Shown: positions 57,424-64,000 of the stretch, piece after piece
How the letters are laid out: each line of letters opens with the position of its first letter
How positions within the stretch are numbered: position 1 is the first letter of the stretch
DNA from: Octopus vulgaris
Taxonomy: Eukaryota
DNA length: 64,000 nucleotides
NCBI GenBank assembly: GCA_951406725.2
Contig: OX597818.1
Coordinates: 5,270,001-5,334,000, forward strand
Direction of reading: 5' to 3'
Program-made: the position numbers and the translations under genes
Notes under the pieces: model-generated
The model's input: the letters and a program-made list of their open reading frames with translations, nothing else
What the model was told of the DNA's origin: nothing
Database searches by the model: none

Positions 57424-57649
57424 TCGTATATATATATATATATATATATATAATGTGGTGCTAATGCAGTTTCGCACGTCTCCTTGAAAAATGCATTTCT
57501 TATGAAAAAAGTTTTAGGGATTCCCACGTTTTAGATGTCGGAGATTACTAATGTAAAAAAACCCCACTTTTTTCAAATGTAACCCCCCAATTTCTACTCA
57601 CTCAGGAAATTTTAAATTTTACAAATGTCACCCAACTCTCCCGGGAATT

Positions 57650-58015
57650 TGCAATCGGAAGAAGGAGGTCCGAAATTCCGTTTTAAAGACCAGCTCAAAC
57701 GGATCTATGTTGAAGCTAACATTCAGCCATCCTCATGGGAACAGATTGCCATGGATAGGATAGCCTGGAGGACTGCTATCCGTAATGGAGCCAGCTCCTT
57801 GAAGCAGAACAGGCAACAGAATGAGGAGGCAATACGCAGCAGATAAAAGGAGCGTCTTCAACATCCTCGACCAGCACCGACCATCATTTGCGAGTTCTGC
57901 CCACAACTCTTTCACCACCGACTTGGACTCCAAAGTCACTTTCGGCACAAATATCTGCCGAGGAGACTGAATGGAAACTGACGAACCCAAAGTTCGGATA
58001 CGAGCTGGAGCCGAC
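57650..58015 (+). mobile_element. RTE-clade LINE 3' fragment
   Basis: GGPKFRFKDQLK...WEQIAMDRIAWR, then C2H2-like CEFCP...GLQSH. Confidence 0.85.
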
Positions 58016-58939
58016 AATATATATATATATTATTTTTATTATTATTTGATTGAACGGCACGTATCAATTTCCAAGTAAGTTCATCTTAATCTCTTTGATG
58101 TGACTCTATACTTTTATTTCCCTCTATCGTTTTCTCTCTCATCCTTTCTTTATTTCCCTTTTTTCTCCCTCTCAACGTTCCCTATCTGTCTCTGTCTACC
58201 CCCTCTTTCTCCTTTACTGTCTCACGTTGTTCACACGTGACAATCGTTCATCTTTCTTTTCCTCACGTGACCATCTTTCTTTTCTTTCAGGTCTGTCCTA
58301 AAGACTGGACGTATCCTATATCTCTCTCTTCTATCCTATCTCATCAAAGAAAATATTTCTGCAGCGTTCAATATTTTACACTTGTTCTGGTCTAACGACC
58401 CTCTATGTTTGTTTTCGTTCGTTTTCCTTGTATGTCTCAATACACTTGTATTGAACTCATTGTTTTCGTATTTCAAGTTGTTTTCTGTTGGTGACATATA
58501 TGTGTATATATTATATACATATACACACATGTTGAAAGGGATCACACGAGTAAATAAATACTGAATATGTGAAGAAAAGAAGAAATTATTTTGAGACATG
58601 GAAAAGCGAAAGAAATTACACACCAGTCTCGATCGTTTATGACATACGCTTAACATTGGTATAAAAGAAATAAAAGAAGAAAATGGAATAAAAGTTTCTT
58701 AATCATTTGTGGTACTTCATATATTTTCTTTATAGAAATATTACATGGTGCTATATATCATGCCCTGATTGTTGCTAGTTGGTAGCAGGTAGATGTAATG
58801 TTAATGACGAGAGAGGCAGTAGTGGTGGTAGTAACAGTAGCAGCGACTTCCATTTTCGACATCCTTATAAAAGAAAATCAACAGCAAAAGGCAGGGAGAT
58901 ATTTATTATAGACATACAGACTCCAAGCAATATCTTCCA

Positions 58940-59720
58940 TTCAATTTATGCCCTCCAAGACACACCAGAATTAATATTACTTGTAACTTTGCCAAAATAA
59001 TTTGTACAATAGCATCTTATACAAACATCCGAGCCATAAGACTCCAAGAACTGAAATATACCCACCTTTGCAGAAACTAAACACCATCCTTAACAAACAA
59101 TAGAATTCGACGAGCCCAGAAACTCACTATCCAAAAACTTAGAAAACCGAAAGAAATGAATCGAAATTCAAAGTAGAACCTTATACCTCCACCTACAACC
59201 TTGAAAACAATGCGACCTACATATTCCATTACATGCCATTACTGAAAAAGAATCCTAGAATGAGCCAAATCCTTCCAACACTCACACCATCATAAACTAG
59301 TAAGAAAATCATTAACACTGGCTAACCTCTACCCGATTATAACAACAAAATCAATTGTAAAAAAAGTGGAAGACCTAATTGTGGGAAATGGTTTCAGCTG
59401 GCAGAGGGATCAGAGATGCACTTCACAATAAAAAATAACTTTACCCGTGCATCGGAAAATCCAGTATATGCAAGAACAAGCTCAGGATGTGGGGAATATT
59501 ACACAGCACGAAGAAAAAACGCTCTACGAGAACGAATGGCGTCGCACAGATCCGCAACTCTAAATACAGTGATATAGAAAATAGGACTAAGAGAACATAC
59601 AGACACATGTGCAAGTAACAAACAACCGACAAATTTAGTGATAATATAACTCGACTACAACGCATCAAGAAAGAAATGTCTTCCATTATCAAACACCAAC
59701 TCGTATAAATGCTTATAGCA
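58940..59720 (+). mobile_element. Penelope-like element linker and GIY-YIG remnant
   Basis: STYN, GRPNCGK, ASENPVY, SGCGEYY, LRERMASHR in broken frames. Confidence 0.7.
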
Positions 59721-59779
59721 GAGAAAGAGAAATAAGAAATGCTCCCACCAACAATACTGTAAACCGAACTAGGATCACC

Positions 59780-60406
59780 ACTACGACTACTGGTAGGTTA
59801 TAGAAGGGGAAACTGTTCTGAAGCAGCATCATTGCAACTGATTCGATTAAGGACTACTATAAGCCGCATTCTGGAATCTGCCGAAATACAATTACCAGAC
59901 AGAAAGATAATAAAAAAGCAGCCATGGATATTCGTAGCAACTATGGATCTTGCTAAAAAAAGAAGGAAAGCAAGAAGCTAGGTGTCCAATCCAGAAGAGA
60001 AGAGTATAAAGATATCAACATAGTATGTAAATGAGGATGTTGGAAAGATAAAAACAATTACATAACCAATTTGTGCGAAAATCTAGATGAACGAGCAAAA
60101 CTTAATATCTCGAAAGGATTTTTCTAACAACTAAAGGAACTAAAAGCAGAACGCACTGCAAAGATAGGCAGTATTAAATCACCACAAGAAATAGTTCTAA
60201 CTACAGCAGAACAGGTAAAGAAAAGGTGTTTAGAGTACGCCAAGAAATGATATGAAAGTGACCCAGTTGTCGTTGTAGTTGACACACATTTAAGGTATTA
60301 GAAAAAAGCTGAATCACTAAGAGGTGAGGTAGAAAAATCTCAGGAAAACATAAAACAGCAGTAAAGCACCAAGTCTAGATGCAGTGTCGATTGAATTGAT
60401 CAATTG

Positions 60407-60485
<79 letters not shown>

Positions 60486-61560
60486 CATAATAATACATTA
60501 CAACCTCTGCCCTACGATCTTGTGGGTGGGGAGAGGGGGACATCAGATTGATGCGCAACAAAACATGTACCCATACTCAAAGGCGATACCTGCTTAAACG
60601 CGAGAATTATGAAACTGTCGTTCTGATACTATATGGAAGTAAAGGACTTTTGGTCATCATCCTAAAATGTCTAAAATCATTCGTCAAATAAGAAATTATT
60701 AAAGAACAGATTGGCTTTAAAGCGGACGTGGCACAAGAGATCAACTGCACTATCTCCACATAACTTTAGAAGCATGCAAGGCAGACAACCTTATGACTTA
60801 CCTTTGCTACATTGATTACAGAAAGGCTTATACTGTGCAAACTATGGCCTCATGCGGTGTATCATGTCTAAACTCGGTATCCCGAAATAACTGAATAGGC
60901 TTATCAAGAAGTTTTATGTTCAGCAGAAGTCCTGCATTCGAGTAAATAATTTGAACACAGAAAAGTTCAAAACTTAGAAAGCGGTTCGTCAGGGCTGTAT
61001 ACACTGAATAGATAATGTAAGAAGTAATACTGGAGAAAATGGCATCAAAAATATATTGGCTTGCATATTTCTAATCTAAGCCATGACTGAAACCGGACTA
61101 CAAAAAATGATAAAGTCGAGATGGCGTCAAACACGCAAAGTTTCATCCCAACCTTTTGAAAACGGATGTTGTGGTAGTAGAGCAAGTGAAATAAGTTTAA
61201 TAAAATCTGGATCCGCAAATATATCTCAAATTTAAAACATGGCTTGTGCGAGTACGCGCTTTCTCAATAAGCATTTATAGTTGCGAAGAATATTTATGAA
61301 TAAACAAAAACTCATCTACTATGGCCATATTCAAAGAAACCTGGAAAACGTTATCATGGAAGGAAGAGAGTAGAAGGATAACAGATGAAGAGTCAGGCAA
61401 ATATGGCAATGAATGGCAAAGAACACAATGAGCGGACAATATCACGAGCTGTTTGGACAAGAAGGGTAAGACAGCTGGAGAACTCGAACTTAAGCCGGAA
61501 GACTTGCGTTGTAGCCGTACGATAAATGATGATATAAACTGCTCAGTACCTAGTACTGTC
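59780..61560 (+). mobile_element. Degenerate RTE/BovB-like LINE RT region
   Basis: EQIGFK..RGTRDQ, CYIDYRKA, VRQGCI; interrupted by (GA)n at 60410-60482. Confidence 0.75.
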
Positions 61561-62592
61561 AGTGCTGCTGTCCCTCTTCTTACTATCAACAGACTTACCC
61601 ACGACCATTAGATCTACCTGCTACCAACTATCGACAATCAGGACATGAATTAGGATAATATGTGATTTTTTTATAAAACAAAAAGTACATTAACTACCAG
61701 GAATACCAAAAATTAATTTTTTCCCCGTTTTTCCTTTTATTGCAATATAAAGAGGTGGTCTTAAACGATCGAAGCCGGTACATATTTACTTTCTGTTTTC
61801 TTGGATAAAATCCTCCGAATATTTTCTTCTTTTCCTTATTCTTTTCAGTATATACACACACACACACGCACACACACACACACACACACATACATACATA
61901 CATACATACATACATACATACATACATACATACATACATACATACATGTGTGTGTGTGTGCGTGTGTGTTAGTGTGTGTTTGTGTATAGTAGCAGTTAAC
62001 TACTTGAGCTGTTGCACCTTATATGATTTACTTCGTAAATTATTCGGCTCGTGCTCTCTTTGCTATCTGGAGTCATTCTGTTTATTCTTTTCGTATTACA
62101 AAGTTCATCCGCTGTATTTTTGCTTCATAATACAAAACTAAATTCTAATGATCAAGTAAATTTTCTCTTTTTCTTCATTGGTAAATCTAATCAGTAAACA
62201 TGATATTGAATGTGTCATCAATATATATTTAATATGCTTTATGCACTTGTATACACATTTATTCCATTATTAAAAATTCTTCTTCATACATTCCACTATA
62301 TTCTGTTCTACTTTTCTATATTTCAACTGTAGACAATTTACATGTATTCTATGTATTCAACTGTAGCCATCTTACTTATTACCCTGCACGCGTGTATTCC
62401 TTACTTCAAGCAAAAAAACAATAACAACAAAGCAAAACAAAAAACAAGGATAATAAAAAATTACAAATTGAAAATTTAGAAGGACTAGGTGTACTAGTGC
62501 TTTCTGATGTCTATACCAGAAATTTTGTTATTCAAGGACGTTTGCAGTGGAAGTGAATAACAATGAATAAAAATACGAACATTTGTAAATCC

Positions 62593-62770
62593 GGTGAGCT
62601 GTCAGAATTGTTAGCACTCTGGACGAAATGCTTAGTTCAAATTCTAAGTTCAAATTTCGCTGAGGTCGACTTTGCCTTTCTTCCTTACGGTGTCGAAACG
62701 CTGGGGCCGATGTAATCGAGTAGTTCCCCCCAATCAAGTTTCAGGCCTTGTGCCTTTAGTAGAAAGGATT
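62593..62770 (+). mobile_element. SINE family B
   Basis: ggtgagctgtcagaattgttagcac...gttcaaatttcgctgaggtcgactttgcc. Confidence 0.8.
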
Positions 62771-63235
62771 ATGTATATTTGTAACTTTCATATATCAAAT
62801 ATGCTGTATATGACTAGCGTTTGGATAAACTAAACGTGCTGTTCCTTGAAAACCTTTAAGGAACTGTATGAAACTTTTTGTAAGATCATATACTCATGTG
62901 TAAATATGTATATATACAAATACATGAACAAAATTTGTGATATTAGGTATAGTGTAACATAATATTGAATAATGAGTGCTTTATTGAAATATTGCAAGTA
63001 ATCAAACCTCTATAATATTTGGGGACTGATAAATATAACTCTCTTATTTTCCTGTTATTTTTTCTTTTTTTGTATTTTTATTTACCGCCTCATATTCTCA
63101 TTAACAACTTTCATTATGTATATTTTGCAGGAATACCGGCAAATGGAAAAGTCGAGCATACATATATACAAACCAAAATGTAATTATTACCAAAACTACT
63201 CACTGTCATTATTGACGGTTCGGATATTCTAGTTA

Positions 63236-63413
63236 TTAAATAAGCTGCCAGATGTCGTTCATGTCATAGCTGTGGGGAACATAACTTTCTTGCAGGTGTT
63301 TACTCAGATTGACATTCGGTGAATGATGCTGGCTTTCAATTATATCAGTTTGGATGTTTTGGATTTGCTTAATCCCAGCAACAGTCCCCTGCATCTCTAC
63401 ATTGTTGCATTTT
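63236..63413 (-). CDS. Weak candidate terminal exon
   Basis: Acceptor aaatacag followed by ~58 open non-repetitive codons to TAA. Confidence 0.22.
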
Positions 63414-64000
63414 CTGTATTTATATACAAAGAGCATCTTATAATAGATATAAAAATGATTTATATGATCATTCTAATATGCACACCCTTAACAACTGTCC
63501 GGTTTTTTTTTTACATTCGATAACAATATAATAACTGCATTAATGCAATGTATAAACTAATAAGCATTCCTATAGTAAACATGATTCTCCTCAATGTTGT
63601 TCGTCAATCGCTTCATTTTCTTTTTCATGCATTTCGAAAAACTAACAGGAATAATGAAATTATTTTGTATCATTTTATTACATGAACAGGAAAAAGAAAT
63701 GTAACAATGTGATATACGGAAGTTCTCCATCGCTGCTTCGCCAACAATACCACTGCTGATAAAACTGTCATTTTTCCATTTTGCTACTGTTAGATAATGT
63801 TTAGAAAGTCTCTCGTGTGATAAACATAGTTACACACATATCCAGTGTATTTTCGGATACATTCATGCATATTTGTAAATAGATATATGTGCACGTATGT
63901 GCATGCATGCAATTAAGCATGTATTGCAATAACAGCTCCAAACATAATATGAGAAGAACAAAAGCAAAAAACACATTATTATTAAAACTATTACTATATT

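Noticed and set aside
63575-63788. Possible upstream minus-strand exons for 63236-63413
   Set aside because: Donors are weak and the phases are incompatible.

Overview
This is an AT-rich, repeat-dominated eukaryotic window with dense (TA)n, (TAA)n, (CA)n and (CATA)n microsatellites. The SINE families and composition suggest an octopod cephalopod (inference from recall, not a database match). No intact host gene is recognisable; there are only a few candidate exons, the best at 34961-35455 on the minus strand. Most of the window is decayed mobile DNA: RLE-type (Dong/R4-like and Hero-like) LINEs, Tx1/L1-like and RTE LINEs, Tc1/mariner elements, a Helitron, tRNA-derived SINEs and Penelope-like (GIY-YIG) remnants. 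The most notable signal is non-coding. About ten type I hammerhead-ribozyme (HHR) motifs are present, with different but complementary stems and palindromic stem III. Several sit in ORF-less fold-back elements inserted in (TA)n tracts, with mirror-image ribozymes on both arms (32.1-33.0, 43.3-43.5, 55.6-56.1 kb). All calls were made by eye; boundaries of degenerate elements are approximate.
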